From: a bacterium
GTDB lineage: Bacteria > Electryoneota > Electryoneia > Electryoneales > Electryoneaceae
Reading direction: 5' to 3'
NCBI GenBank assembly: GCA_963669175.1
Contig: OY769902.1
Coordinates: 5,344,001 to 5,408,000 of the forward strand
DNA length: 64,000 bases
Part shown: piece by piece, positions 32,028 to 42,807 of the stretch
Layout: the number at the start of each line of letters is the position of its first letter
Numbering within the stretch: position 1 is the stretch's first letter
Notes under the pieces: generated by a model
Database searches by the model: none
What the model was told of the DNA's origin: nothing
The model's input: the letters and a program-made list of their open reading frames with translations, nothing else
Position numbers and translations under genes: made by a program

Positions 32028-32326
32028 CAGTACTCGCTTTACCAAACAGAATTCAAGCGCGTTGGGGAACCACTACTTGGTTGGAAAGAGGGTGTCGATT
32101 CTCTCACAGGGGCGTGCCAGACAGACGGCCCGCCCCTGCGCTGGGGATGACATCTCGGCGATCACCTCAGTATTTCGCCTGCTGTGGATGCGACAATACT
32201 TTCGATACTCAGTATATTATTGAGAATAACCCCCTCCAGACACGCCAGACGGGGCCATAAACAGCAACACAGAAAAAGACTGACTATTTGATAAACCAGT
32301 CTTTTCGTTTGTGGTATGTTCCAGAA

Positions 32327-32638
32327 TCAGTCAGCATCCTCCAGCGCTGGCTCTGAAGAGCTGATCCGCAGGGACAACTCACTGGTATCCTGCTCGCCAG
32401 TCCGTTCCCAGGCCATCTTCAAGTGGAACTGCTCGTTCTCGCTTTCCTGGGAAGCCAGAATCGCAACTTCAATCTGATCAGCAGGTGTCAAGGTGATAAA
32501 GGAATCTTCATTCCGAATGTAAACGGAATCTTCCTTTTTCAATGAGTCTACCAGATCCTGCAGAAAACCAACGACACTATCCCGGTCAAAATATCCCTTG
32601 AGTTCCACACCTTGCTTTTCGCCGTCGTGCTGACTCAT
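32327..32638 (-). CDS. Amphi-Trp domain protein
   Basis: FLQDLVDSLK..ITLTPADQIEVAI..QFHLKMAW; RBS GGAGG; terminator-like hairpin at 32273-32306. Confidence 0.7.
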   Translation of the reverse strand: MSQHDGEKQGVELKGYFDRDSVVGFLQDLVDSLKKEDSVYIRNEDSFITLTPADQIEVAILASQESENEQFHLKMAWERTGEQDTSELSLRISSSEPALEDAD

Positions 32639-32986
32639 GAAATCCTCCGTAACCTTTTTCGGGGTGGTTTGATCCTGCTCCCAATCCCCTTCTCGAATCT
32701 ATGAAAAATGGTTCTTTCAGCGTTAACTCTCTGAAAATACTCACCTGCTGATATCCTTGCAAGCATAAGCACAGCTTGAAAATTCCGCTATTCTTATGTG
32801 AATTTGCCGGATAATCAGTACCCCATCTTAGCTTACCGGGTAAAAGACAACCGGATACGAAAACAGATTATTGCGATGGACACATTTCTGCAATTTCAGC
32901 ACCGGGAGACACCAATTGTTTTCCGGGCTGTTTCTCCCGGATGAGAATAAGTTGTTCGTTGAATGTTAAGAAAATATGAGGGGGGC

Positions 32987-35302
32987 TCAGTCCTCTTCTT
33001 TGACCTGCATCAATCCGTACTCCGCCCATTTTACCACGTCCGGCGCAGGCGCTTTCAGGAGTACTTCAAATATGCTCTCATACGATGAGGAGGGGGACAA
33101 CACTGCAAGTGTTCTGGCCAGATCCCGCAGTTGCTCGCCAGTATATTCGCAGAGATTCTTCTTGATAATTTTGCTTCCCTGTTTGGCTGCAACTTTTCTC
33201 TGGATATCATTGAGTGCCGGATCAGTAGCAAAGGCATTTACAACTCGCTGATCCCACGATTCACGCGGTGCGAAGATAATAAGCGCAAGCTCTTCAGGTT
33301 TCCAGCTATACCCGGCATGCAGCAAGGTTGCAAATGAATAAAGCGACTCGAACCCGTTCCCTTGCAAGGCAATATCATGCAGTGCAGCCGTAGCCGAATC
33401 ATGTGATATATCTGACAGCAACCGTAGAGCCTCCTGCGCCTGCACCGGGGCGCCGGGCTGATCGGGGCACAGGATTTTATCACGTAACCAGGGCGCGAGA
33501 ATTACTGGATTCAACATCCTCATCGCGCCAGCCGAAAACAATTGCGCTGAACAGTACACGCTATCCACAACCGAAAGGATCATTGTCCCGGTTTCCAGGT
33601 CAGGAGAATGATACAGGACTTCAATAGCATACAGGCGCAGGCTGGAAGGCGCGTTCTGGTAAAAATGCAGCAACAGCGAATCCATACCGGGGATTTCAAG
33701 TGATCGTTCCGCGAGAATATTCAGTGATCCGCTGATCGGTTTTGTTGCGATGGTGTTTATTGTAGCGGCTTCACCCTGAGCCAGCACTTCATCAAGCTGA
33801 CTGACGGTCTGCTCGAAAATGAATTGCTGCGCCGTTGGAATGGTTGATTCCGCCAGCGTCTGGAGGATATATCGTTGTCCCCTCTGTTCCTGGTACCAGC
33901 TTATCAGGGTATCGACTGCATTCTCAGTTTGCAAATCACCCAGGGACAGTATAGCCAACGGTAACCAACCGACCTGAACAGCTTCCCGATCACGTCCCAG
34001 CCGGGATAACACCTCTTCCAGCGCATCAACCGTCGAATCTGTCTTGCCATAGGCAACAAGTTGCGCCACTGCTTCCGTAGATCTGGTCGGTTCAGGATAG
34101 TTACCCTGCGATGGCCATATCCCCCAACGGTCTTCAGTGATCTTCGTAAGAATGCTGATGGCAAGCTCACCGGCCTGTTGCCTCGAGGTCATCACAGCCA
34201 GTTGCGCTAATGATGGCAGGAGGTAGCCATCGGGGCCGGAATCCTGGATATCTGTATTCGTTGAATCCCCGGATTGTGCCTTCTGTCCTGTATGGGCCAG
34301 GTAAGTTTCAATTCCCGGCGCAATCCAGTCGGGATAGGCGCTGCTGACATATTTCGCGTTTCCCTGGGCATAGGACGCGATATAGGCGAACGCTGGTAAC
34401 GTACCATCTTCCATCACACTCCCAAGCGCCCTCCCGGCAGCTTGATAGGGTGTCAGATGCGGCCAGGAAGTAACCACACCGAAACGCGCCTGGGTGACAG
34501 GACTGTCCTGGGTGAGCTTTACCGTATCCGCATACCCGATCATATATTCCCACTGATCCGGCTGACGATACCGTTGCACCATGCTGGCGGAGGCTTTGAT
34601 CAACTCAAGGGACACAGGTTTCATCAGGAGCTGCATGGCGTCTTCAGCGATGGTCGCGGAATCCGCCACTTCCCAACGGTCCATCAGACGTTGCCATAAC
34701 ATGCCCTCACCGACCCGCTGCCACCACGGTGAGGATTTGCTCGTGATATATTCGAGGACAGGTTCGTTGTCGCTATCAGCCGAACGTGCCACCGGCAACA
34801 GTGAAGCAATCTCGTCAAGATTGTAACCACGCACAGAAAACACGTTGCCGGAAGGAAGACGCAGAAATGGCAACTCCAACCGGGCACGGTAACGATTCTG
34901 CCTGCTCAACTCAGCCATGTTTTCCGGCGGGAAAAACAACAGGGTATCACCTGGTGGATAAAGCAGATCCGTCATGGGAGCGATCAATGTATCTGTCGAT
35001 TTCCCTACCCAGGTATCAAGCACCTTGTACGCCCGTTGCCACGGCTCCAGCATTTCCGACGCGTCCAAGTCTTCGGTGATGTCCTGCACAAGATAAACCG
35101 CTTGCGATCGTACCAGTAACCTTCCCAGGCGTTCCGGGTTGACCTCATCCACGGTTTGCGCTTGCCCCCATCCCGGCAGGGAACTTCCGGCGAGTATAAA
35201 AAAGCACAGACAGGCAATAGGGAATCCGGCGATTCTACCGATTCGCTGAATGCAATTCCCTGTTGTCCATCTGTGCAGAGACATGGCTGCCATTGCGTAC
35301 AA
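32987..35302 (-). CDS. Hypothetical exported helical / HEAT-like repeat protein
   Basis: 771-aa ORF with signal-like hydrophobic segment and amphipathic helical repeats; start uncertain. Confidence 0.55.
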   Translation of the reverse strand: MYAMAAMSLHRWTTGNCIQRIGRIAGFPIACLCFFILAGSSLPGWGQAQTVDEVNPERLGRLLVRSQAVYLVQDITEDLDASEMLEPWQRAYKVLDTWVGKSTDTLIAPMTDLLYPPGDTLLFFPPENMAELSRQNRYRARLELPFLRLPSGNVFSVRGYNLDEIASLLPVARSADSDNEPVLEYITSKSSPWWQRVGEGMLWQRLMDRWEVADSATIAEDAMQLLMKPVSLELIKASASMVQRYRQPDQWEYMIGYADTVKLTQDSPVTQARFGVVTSWPHLTPYQAAGRALGSVMEDGTLPAFAYIASYAQGNAKYVSSAYPDWIAPGIETYLAHTGQKAQSGDSTNTDIQDSGPDGYLLPSLAQLAVMTSRQQAGELAISILTKITEDRWGIWPSQGNYPEPTRSTEAVAQLVAYGKTDSTVDALEEVLSRLGRDREAVQVGWLPLAILSLGDLQTENAVDTLISWYQEQRGQRYILQTLAESTIPTAQQFIFEQTVSQLDEVLAQGEAATINTIATKPISGSLNILAERSLEIPGMDSLLLHFYQNAPSSLRLYAIEVLYHSPDLETGTMILSVVDSVYCSAQLFSAGAMRMLNPVILAPWLRDKILCPDQPGAPVQAQEALRLLSDISHDSATAALHDIALQGNGFESLYSFATLLHAGYSWKPEELALIIFAPRESWDQRVVNAFATDPALNDIQRKVAAKQGSKIIKKNLCEYTGEQLRDLARTLAVLSPSSSYESIFEVLLKAPAPDVVKWAEYGLMQVKEED

Positions 35303-35337
35303 TCTCAGGCCGCTAAGTACGAGGATTGGGTCCGATC

Positions 35338-35868
35338 TCAGAACGGCAGATCAGAATCATCTTTCCCGAAGCTGTCCTGACCTTCCGGTTCGTAGTGTAC
35401 TCCGGGATCATACTGTTGCTGTTGCTGTTGCTGTTGTTGCTGCTGCTGAGGCGGACGCTGCTGCTGCTGTTGTTGCGGCCGGTTCTGCTGACGTGGCTGC
35501 TGGTTGTACTGGCCACCGCCGCCACCGCCGGAACCACCCTCGCCACGAGGGCTCAGCATCAGGAAATTCTGGACTTCAATATCTGTGGCATAACGCTTCA
35601 CGCCATCCTGACCTTCCCAGGAACGATACTTGATACGGCCTTCCACGTAAATCCGTGACCCTTTGCGCAGATATTCGTTGGCAATTTCGGCCTGCTTGCG
35701 CCATAAAACGAGATTGTGCCATTCGGTCTGCTCTTTGCGTTCCCCGTCCTTACCTGTCCAGCGCTCGGTGGTTGCCAGCGACATTTTGCATACCGCCGCT
35801 CCGCTCGGGGTGTAGGTCATCTCGGGATCTTGCCCCAGGTTACCAATCAAGATCACTTTGTTCAACAT
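35338..35868 (-). CDS. ssb: Single-stranded DNA-binding protein
   Basis: [34 protein letters not shown], Gly/Gln-rich linker, acidic tail DDSDLPF. Confidence 0.96.
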   Translation of the reverse strand: MLNKVILIGNLGQDPEMTYTPSGAAVCKMSLATTERWTGKDGERKEQTEWHNLVLWRKQAEIANEYLRKGSRIYVEGRIKYRSWEGQDGVKRYATDIEVQNFLMLSPRGEGGSGGGGGGQYNQQPRQQNRPQQQQQQRPPQQQQQQQQQQQQYDPGVHYEPEGQDSFGKDDSDLPF

Positions 35869-35977
35869 ATAGATTCCCGTCCTGTTTGTAGTTTCTTTCT
35901 CACTGTTCGGAATATAGAGGTACAGCCGGGGATTGTAAATGCGAGGACCATATGGATTAGGAAAACAACCAGCTCTC

Positions 35978-36655
35978 TTAGCGTGCAAACGACCAGGGTT
36001 CTGCGCCCAGTCTTTCAACAACCGTCTGATCATGTGCGACCCACAACGCCGCTCGTCGCTCTTGTTTCACCCAATCCCTCACATAGTCAACGATGTGACG
36101 TGAACTCTCAGGATCAAGCCCACTGGTCGGCTCATCCAGCAACAGCAGATGTGGTTCGATCAACAAGGTCCGCAGCAGCGCAACACGCTGGCTTTCACCA
36201 CCGGACAAACGATCTGCACGCTGGGTCAGCATGGCGCGTTTCAGTCCGATAGCCTCCAACAGGTTTGCCAGTTGATCGTCAGAAGGCGCAGCCTGTCCAA
36301 TGGAGCGGTATTGAAAAGCCGTCTTCAGGTTGTCCAAAACTGTCCCGGGAAACATTACGGGAACCTGGGGTAAATAAGCGACCATCGTGCGGAACTTGCA
36401 GGGTGGATAAGTTTGAATCGCTTTGCCTTCAAACAGAATCTCCCCGTTGCTTCGTGGGGCGAGACGCACCAGCATACGCAACAGAGTAGACTTGCCTGAT
36501 CCGGAAGGCCCGACAATGGGTACAATCTGGCCTGCATCAACTGCCAGCGTTACACCCTGCGCCAGAACATTCACCGGCCCTTTATCGGGATTCTCCCGAT
36601 TGGGCGCTGTGATCTCTATATCTTTCAGTTCAAGCAGATGTTGTATCGGTGCCAT
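35978..36655 (-). CDS. ABC transporter ATP-binding protein (FetA/YbbL-like)
   Basis: [36 protein letters not shown]. Confidence 0.85.
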   Translation of the reverse strand: MAPIQHLLELKDIEITAPNRENPDKGPVNVLAQGVTLAVDAGQIVPIVGPSGSGKSTLLRMLVRLAPRSNGEILFEGKAIQTYPPCKFRTMVAYLPQVPVMFPGTVLDNLKTAFQYRSIGQAAPSDDQLANLLEAIGLKRAMLTQRADRLSGGESQRVALLRTLLIEPHLLLLDEPTSGLDPESSRHIVDYVRDWVKQERRAALWVAHDQTVVERLGAEPWSFAR

Positions 36656-36812
36656 GAAGAATGCCGCTTTGCCTGTTTATCGCTGGAAAGAATATACACA
36701 TGGAAAATACAGATACCTGCTGATAAATACACGATTGACAAGAAAGCTCATTTTTACGGCGCTGGCTTGAATGCCTTTTATAGAGCATGACTACCAAAGG
36801 ACTATTGCTGTT

Positions 36813-37108
36813 CTCGATTTTATTCCGACATAATAAAGATTGCCGGGAAAAGGGGACGGGATCCTTTTCCTCGCGAGCATATGAAACACTCTCGCCGAAC
36901 TTGTGGAAAAGGAAACTGTACCCTTTCCGTGTACGTCCTGCCTGCTCTCAAGAAAAAGGGTACAGCCACCTTTCCCGGTCCATGCTCACAGCGGGAAGGC
37001 TTTGCCCCAGGGAAAGGAAACTGTCCCCTTTTTCCATATCCTTATCCTTTATTCCAACCATATGGTTGACCTTTCACTGATCTGGCACATGACCACATGA
37101 CGGAATAA
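36813..37108. repeat. Dispersed repeat / MITE-like element (copy 1; copy 2 at 46041-46165)
   Basis: Shared CTCGATTTTATTCCG.CATAAT..AGATTGCCGGGAAAAGGGGACGGGATCCTTTTCCTC and GGAAA(A)GG.AACTGT.CCCTTT hairpins; inverted end ATGACGGAATAA at 37097-37108. Confidence 0.7.
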
Positions 37109-37267
37109 TAATGGGAATCGCTATAACTCGATGATTTGAATAAAAATATGGTTCCTCGCTGTTTCATGTGGGTACACAGCATAAGGAAACAGATGTGATA
37201 TGTATTCACGACCACAACGTGTTTCGCTGAAGCAATATGTAGAGGCACTGTGTAGAGGGAAATCGGT

Positions 37268-37477
37268 CACCTCGAAGAGGTGACACTTGAATAGCGTGGT
37301 ACGTAAGCGCCAGGAATGGAATGAACACCACACACATCGTCCCCGAAGGGGACGCACCTCTGGTAAAACCCTACTATCAAGTATGTTGTGCGACCCCTTC
37401 AGGGGCGAGGAAGCGAGGATTCCTACATTTTCCCGGCGCTTACGCACCACGCTATTCAAGTGACCCACCTTCGGTGG
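37268..37477. repeat. Non-autonomous REPIN-like long palindrome
   Basis: Arm CACTTGAATAGCGTGGTACGTAAGCGCC is inverted as GGCGCTTACGCACCACGCTATTCAAGTG; inner CCCCGAAGGGG / CCCCTTCAGGGG hairpins. Confidence 0.75.
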
Positions 37478-37725
37478 ATATGCAATGGAACCAGACCACA
37501 GAGACTGATCCCAATGCAACGACTCGTAATACTATTGCCGAATCGCATCTCAGTGTGAATTTCTTTACCCACACGAAACAGCGAAGCACCAAAAACATAC
37601 CCCGCTGGGCAACCGCCTTCACTTCGTTTCGGCGGTTTCAAGCCAGCGGGGCCAAATTTACGTGCAAATCCTTCATCAAGTATTATTCTGTAGTCAATAC
37701 GTTGTTAAGTAACATAGTAGAGCGA

Positions 37726-37996
37726 ATCCTTGACATCCTTATTATCCTGCCTATCTTGTACATTCAAGCATTCATCCTTACTATCCTTATAATCCTGTTC
37801 ATCCTGTACATTCAAGCATTCATCCTTAACAACCCAATTATCCTGCCCATCCTGTACATTCAAGCATTCATCCTTGACATCCCAATTATCCTGCCCATCC
37901 CGTACATTCAAGCATTCATCCTTAACAACCCAATTATCCTGCCCATCCTGTACATTCAAGCATTCATCCTTAACATCCTTCTATCCTATTATCCTG
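37726..37996. repeat. 48-bp tandem repeat, about 5 copies, ATCCT-rich
   Basis: Unit TACATTCAAGCATTCATCCTTAACAACCCAATTATCCTGCCCATCCTG. Confidence 0.85.
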
Positions 37997-38020
37997 TGAG
38001 ACCTGTGAGACCTGTGAGGC

Positions 38021-39292
38021 CTAGTGAACCGAACAGGAAATACAGGGATCGTAGGCACGGACCAGCATCGAGCATAACATCTCGATTTCCTCATCGGTCG
38101 AGTTTTCCGTCATGGATGCCTTCACCAGTTCGCCTAGATCAAGATGAATATTGGCGTTATTCTGTGTCGTGGGAATGACGCAGTTAGCCTTGGTGATGCG
38201 GCCATCTTTGCCATATTTGTAGTGATGGTACAGGATACCACGTGGCACCTCTACCGCCCCGACCCCTTCACCGGCCTTGGGAGTAACCTCCACCATCGTC
38301 GGCTCATCCTTCATCTCCAGCAATTCGTCGATCAGGCGAATGCCATCGAGGGTAACATGGACACATTCAAGCAACTGCGCCACGTTATTCATGAATGGAT
38401 TATGGCAGACCGGTTGCAGGCACAGGGATTCCGCCAGCTCTTTCACTTCCGGGAACAGCTTGTCATGGTTGTTGTTGAAACGCGCCAACGCACCCACAGC
38501 GAATGATGCCCGGCTGAGCTTGGTCCACTTGGTCGTGTTGTGCTTGTCCAGGTATTCGTTGGTCATGCTCTTGTATTCACGTTCCGCCTTGATCACACCG
38601 TCCGTGGACACAAGCTTGCCCCCGATCCAGGGATAGTCTCCATTGCCTGCCCCAAGACTGACAAACTCGGTTTCCCGGACAAAATCCGGAATTTCAAAGG
38701 TCTTGAAGATTTCCGCAGTCGTCATAAGGTCTTCCAGGGATGCTTCCAGCTCTGACCGTAGCTGAACCAGGTTATCAGGCATCCTGCTGACCCCACCGGG
38801 TTGCAGTGCGATAGGATGCGTCGTGCGTCCCGCAACAGCGTCACACAGGCGGTTTGCCAACCCTTTCAACCGTGCCGCCAGTTTTACAACTTCCGGGTTG
38901 GATTCTATGAGAGGAATCGCGCTGGGCACCCCAAGAAAATCCGGGGCCGCCAGAAAAAACAGGTGAAGCAGGTGACTTTGCAGGGTTTCACCATGTTTTG
39001 CCAGCAATCGAAGTTTTTCTGCTGCTATTGGAATCTCAACTCCCATCGCTGTTTCAGTTGCACGAAGACTGGCGAGACAATGCCCGATGGAACAGATGCC
39101 GCAGATACGTGAGGTCAGAATCCCGGCAGAGGTGTAATGCTTCCCCTTCAACATGGCTTCGAAATAGCGCGGGGTTTCGACCACATCCCAGCGGGCTTCG
39201 ATGAGTTTCCCATTCCGTACCGTGACATGGATGTTGCCATGTCCCTCCACCCGTGTCAGGTGGTGAACATCGACGTTCAGGTTTAACTTCAT
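38021..39292 (-). CDS. hydA: [NiFe]-hydrogenase group 3b large (alpha) subunit
   Basis: TRVEGHG, L1 SRICGICSIGH, EVPRGILYH, PTTQN, L2 RAYDPCISCSVH-stop. Confidence 0.93.
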   Translation of the reverse strand: MKLNLNVDVHHLTRVEGHGNIHVTVRNGKLIEARWDVVETPRYFEAMLKGKHYTSAGILTSRICGICSIGHCLASLRATETAMGVEIPIAAEKLRLLAKHGETLQSHLLHLFFLAAPDFLGVPSAIPLIESNPEVVKLAARLKGLANRLCDAVAGRTTHPIALQPGGVSRMPDNLVQLRSELEASLEDLMTTAEIFKTFEIPDFVRETEFVSLGAGNGDYPWIGGKLVSTDGVIKAEREYKSMTNEYLDKHNTTKWTKLSRASFAVGALARFNNNHDKLFPEVKELAESLCLQPVCHNPFMNNVAQLLECVHVTLDGIRLIDELLEMKDEPTMVEVTPKAGEGVGAVEVPRGILYHHYKYGKDGRITKANCVIPTTQNNANIHLDLGELVKASMTENSTDEEIEMLCSMLVRAYDPCISCSVH

Positions 39293-40041
39293 ACGACCTC
39301 CTCGAACCCGCCGAAGAAGTGCAGACGTTCCTTCAGCAATTCCCTGTCAAAGCCATGTTCTTCCACGATGCGGAAGAACTCTTTGTAGTTCGGTTCATCC
39401 ACCGGCCCACGGCATCCCCAACAGCCCAGTCCTGCCGCAGCACAAGGCGCTCCGCAGCCGCCGCGAGTGATCGGCCCCAGGCACAGGATGCCCTTGTCGT
39501 ATGCGCAGGTCGTATAGTTCTGTTTACACTCAAAGCAGACCGGCCATGCCGGAAATGAAAACGGCACATCCCAGATCAGGTGTTGCATCACCCGTTCCAG
39601 TTCAGCCTTGTTCACCGGGCAACCCGGCACTTTGAAATCGACTGGCACCACCTCGTGAATCGCACGTGTCGGTAGCGTTTCACGATAGGCCGCGCCATAG
39701 ACTTCCTTGTTTAAATCATAGATATCATAATCGTTCTTCATGCGCGAGACACCGCCAAAGCAGGCACAACTGCCCATTGCTACAACCACTTTGGCTTTTT
39801 TACGGATATCCATCAGACGGGTGAATTCATCACTCCGTGTGATGCAACCGTCAATCAGAGCGATGTCATACTCGTCACTCTGCACTGAAGAGACTTCACG
39901 GAAGGTGACAATTTCGACAGCCTGCAGGAAATCGACCAGCGTCTCTTCCTTGTTGGCAAGTTGCAGCTCGCAGCCTTCACATCCGGTAAAATCGAAGACG
40001 CCGACCCGCAGTTTTTTCGGTTCAATCCCGAGATACTTCAT
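39289..40041 (-). CDS. hydD: [NiFe]-hydrogenase group 3b small (delta) subunit
   Basis: FTGCEGC, GSCACFGG, VPGCP, VCFECK, CLGPITRGGCGAPC, CWGCRGP. Confidence 0.9.
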   Translation of the reverse strand: MKYLGIEPKKLRVGVFDFTGCEGCELQLANKEETLVDFLQAVEIVTFREVSSVQSDEYDIALIDGCITRSDEFTRLMDIRKKAKVVVAMGSCACFGGVSRMKNDYDIYDLNKEVYGAAYRETLPTRAIHEVVPVDFKVPGCPVNKAELERVMQHLIWDVPFSFPAWPVCFECKQNYTTCAYDKGILCLGPITRGGCGAPCAAAGLGCWGCRGPVDEPNYKEFFRIVEEHGFDRELLKERLHFFGGFEEVV

Positions 40042-40050
40042 GGCGTCCTC

Positions 40051-40959
40051 CTAGATCGCTTCTTTCAGGTTCATCACGGTCCAGTAGTCAAATACCGGTC
40101 CTTCCATGCAGGTATAGGTCGAGCCGATATTGCAACGGCAGCATTTCCCCATGCCACAATGCATACGACGTTCCAGCGATACAAACATGCGGTGCATGGG
40201 AATGCCCATCCTGGTCAGACGGTCGCAGACAAACTTGAACATCACTGGTGGTCCGCATACAATGGCGTTGGTCATCAAAGGATCAATGTTGATATCTTCC
40301 AGCAAGTCGGTAATCAACCCGATCTGTCCGGTCCAGGATTCATCCCCCTGTTCCGCGATCACCCGCAGGCTGATATCCGCGATGCGTTCCCATTCTTCAT
40401 ACTGGTAGTTGAACAGGAGCAGGTTGGCTTCTTTAGCGCCGTAAAGGATATAGACATCGTTGTAGTGGGAACGGTTTTCGATCACGTGGAAAATTGGAGC
40501 ACGCAACGGCGCCAGTCCCAATCCGCCGGCGATCAACAGGATGTTGTTGCCACGCATCTTATCCATAGGGAAATGGGTGCCGAACGGGCCACGTATGCCG
40601 ACTTTTGCGCCACGTTTTACCCGGTGCAGTACGCTGGTCACCAACCCCACCTTCCGGATACAAAGCTCAATGAAACCCTTGTGTGACAGCGAACTGGAGA
40701 TAGAAATGGGAATCTCGCCATATCCCGGCACTTCCACCATAACAAACTGGCCGGGCAGGAAGGAGAAGCGTTCGCGTTCCACATCATCAATAATCCGGAC
40801 CTGGAAGAGTTTTTCCATGTCAGTCAACCGGATCACGTTGATGATTTCCGCTTTGTAGACCTTGTCGAAGTGTTTCAGGCGGCTGCGACGGTTGTAGTCC
40901 AACGGTTGCAGCATTTCCGCTTCCTGGGTGATGTCGTAGGGATGCAGCATCTCTTTCAT
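40051..40959 (-). CDS. hydG: Group 3b hydrogenase gamma subunit (FAD/NAD(P)-binding, 2Fe-2S)
   Basis: [57 protein letters not shown]. Confidence 0.9.
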   Translation of the reverse strand: MKEMLHPYDITQEAEMLQPLDYNRRSRLKHFDKVYKAEIINVIRLTDMEKLFQVRIIDDVERERFSFLPGQFVMVEVPGYGEIPISISSSLSHKGFIELCIRKVGLVTSVLHRVKRGAKVGIRGPFGTHFPMDKMRGNNILLIAGGLGLAPLRAPIFHVIENRSHYNDVYILYGAKEANLLLFNYQYEEWERIADISLRVIAEQGDESWTGQIGLITDLLEDINIDPLMTNAIVCGPPVMFKFVCDRLTRMGIPMHRMFVSLERRMHCGMGKCCRCNIGSTYTCMEGPVFDYWTVMNLKEAI

Positions 40960-41996
40960 AATCCACCCTCCTCCTGCAGATCACGGATAATGGCCTCAGG
41001 CTGAATGCCGGCCAGGCAGGTGCGTCCGCAACGATTACACCCGACACACATGGGCGATTCAAACGATTCGGTAAAACCACGATGCTGGTGATAGAATCGG
41101 TACTTCAGGCGTGTTGCGGTGTCAGGCCGGAAGTTATGCCCTCCGGCAACTTGGGCAAAGTCCTTCAGGTTGCATGAGTATAGTTGTCGCTGCTTGGTGC
41201 AGGAACAGTGATCCATGCTCACATCCTCACTGACCCCGTAGCAATAACATGTCGGGCACACCTGGGCGCAACTCCCGCAACTGAGGCATTTTTCACCCCA
41301 CTTGTCCCACACCCTGGACTCGAACTCGATATCGAGCAGGTTGGGCAGGTTCTGCACCGGAAGCTCATCAAATCCCTGGGCAATCTTCCGCCGTACTCCG
41401 ATATAGGTCTGAGTATCGGCTTCCGTGATCTCATGGGTTTCCACACTTTTCAGGACGTTGAAACCACGGTCGGAGTTGATCGTCACGAAATAGCGATCTC
41501 CCAGATCAGTGAGGAACAGATCGTATCCGTGTGTAACCACATCCGCGCCCATCGCCCGGCAGAAACCACCCTCGCAGGGCTCGTGATCCACACCGATGAT
41601 GAATGTGTTTTTTCTGCGGCTGATGTAGTACGGACTGGGGAAAAAGTCACGCGCCAGCACTTTGTCCAGCTTCAGCAGGGCGTTAATGTCACACGCGTGC
41701 AGACCAATGAGAAAACGTGGTTGCAGACGATACGAAATCTCCTGCTCCCAGTCGTCATCGGTAAAGCTGTAACTGGATAGTTTTTCTTTGTACGGCAGGA
41801 AATAGGTTTTGGCCGAGTACTCGGTAGTCTCGTACTCAAGATCGATCTCTTGAAAAGATGTAACCGGCAGGTACTGATGGATGGGTTTACCACGTATGGT
41901 CGTTCCGATCTGCTTGGGTGCAATCACTTCATTGGCCTCAAGCGCGATCTCGACCAGCTTGCGAAACTCTTCTTTCGAAAGGGTTTTAAAGAGCAT
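40956..41996 (-). CDS. hydB: Group 3b hydrogenase beta subunit (4Fe-4S, AsrA-like)
   Basis: [36 protein letters not shown]. Confidence 0.9.
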   Translation of the reverse strand: MLFKTLSKEEFRKLVEIALEANEVIAPKQIGTTIRGKPIHQYLPVTSFQEIDLEYETTEYSAKTYFLPYKEKLSSYSFTDDDWEQEISYRLQPRFLIGLHACDINALLKLDKVLARDFFPSPYYISRRKNTFIIGVDHEPCEGGFCRAMGADVVTHGYDLFLTDLGDRYFVTINSDRGFNVLKSVETHEITEADTQTYIGVRRKIAQGFDELPVQNLPNLLDIEFESRVWDKWGEKCLSCGSCAQVCPTCYCYGVSEDVSMDHCSCTKQRQLYSCNLKDFAQVAGGHNFRPDTATRLKYRFYHQHRGFTESFESPMCVGCNRCGRTCLAGIQPEAIIRDLQEEGGL

Positions 41997-42101
41997 AGCC
42001 GCCTCCTTTCGGGGACAGGTTGTTCCTGGTCCTGTTTATTTGTTGTTAGATACCACGCAGCCTGGCAAGCGATAGTGGTCCATATGTATCGGCCCACTAG
42101 A

Positions 42102-42227
42102 ATGTTCAATATTTCACAAAGTTGGTATGTATTGTAGCAATATAACCAACTCTGCAACAGGTAAAAGTTATTTATTTAAAAAGATAAAATCCAGTGTGAC
42201 TCCCCGATATTGAGAAATATTTCACGA
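42102..42227 (-). promoter_or_regulatory. Two Rex-like (or CRP/FNR-family) palindromic operators around an extended -10 promoter of the hydrogenase operon
   Basis: ATGTTCAATATTTCACAA (42102-42119) and TTGAGAAATATTTCACGA (42210-42227) versus TTGTGAA-N4-TTCACAA; minus-strand TGC-TACAAT at 42131-42139. Confidence 0.6.
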
Positions 42228-42580
42228 ATAGGGTCACCTGTAATTTGCCAGAAAGAGACAAGGGAGCGCGCCTTGTCCTGAACGATGATGCGCAGCTCAG
42301 AAAACATCATAGCAGGTGCAATGGTCCACTAGAATTTGTATTAGTGTGTAACTTTATGTCTTATAGCTACTTGCCTGGATCCCCATCCCCGACCACTGCT
42401 TTCGGGGACAGGCTCTTCGTAGGGATGAATCGCTAGTAAAAATTGAGTAAAATCGTAGCAGAAGGATCACCGGTACAAACTGTCTCTTGATAAAATACGC
42501 GAAAATCGATTCTTATACATTGATATTATTGGCAATAGAACGATTCACTGTATCATACTCGTGAAATATCCGGGTTAGTT

Positions 42581-42752
42581 CTCATCGCCGTCAGGTCACA
42601 CCGTGATGCCTGATGCTATGTATCATGTGAGATGACAAACGTGAAGTCGGACAGGTGTTTTAAATTATGGATAGAAACAAAAAAACGGCATCACGTCAAG
42701 ACCTGACGGAACACACTCGTCGATAGTATGCACAAATTCTTATAAGCAGCCG
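42581..42752. repeat. About 175-bp dispersed palindromic element (further copies at 58120-58450)
   Basis: CCGTCAGGTCAC..GTGATGCC ... GGCATCACG.CAAGACCTGACGG plus a shared tail CTCGTCGATAGTATGCACAAAT. Confidence 0.85.
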
Positions 42753-42807
42753 AAAAAAACGGGAACTGCTGAAAGCAATCCCCGATAGTGATCTGAAAAG
42801 GTGTTTC

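Noticed and set aside
32050-32260. tmRNA / tRNA-like RNA
   Set aside because: No acceptor stem, T-loop or CCA end; better explained by REP-like hairpins.
38021-38050. Selenocysteine or stop-codon read-through in hydA
   Set aside because: Both L2 ligands are TGT Cys codons; the sequence after TAG is a simple repeat, not a plausible maturation tail.
37321-38178. 285-aa ORF (and 84-aa ORF at 37705-37959)
   Set aside because: Read-through of a palindrome and the 48-bp repeat; antisense overlap with hydA.
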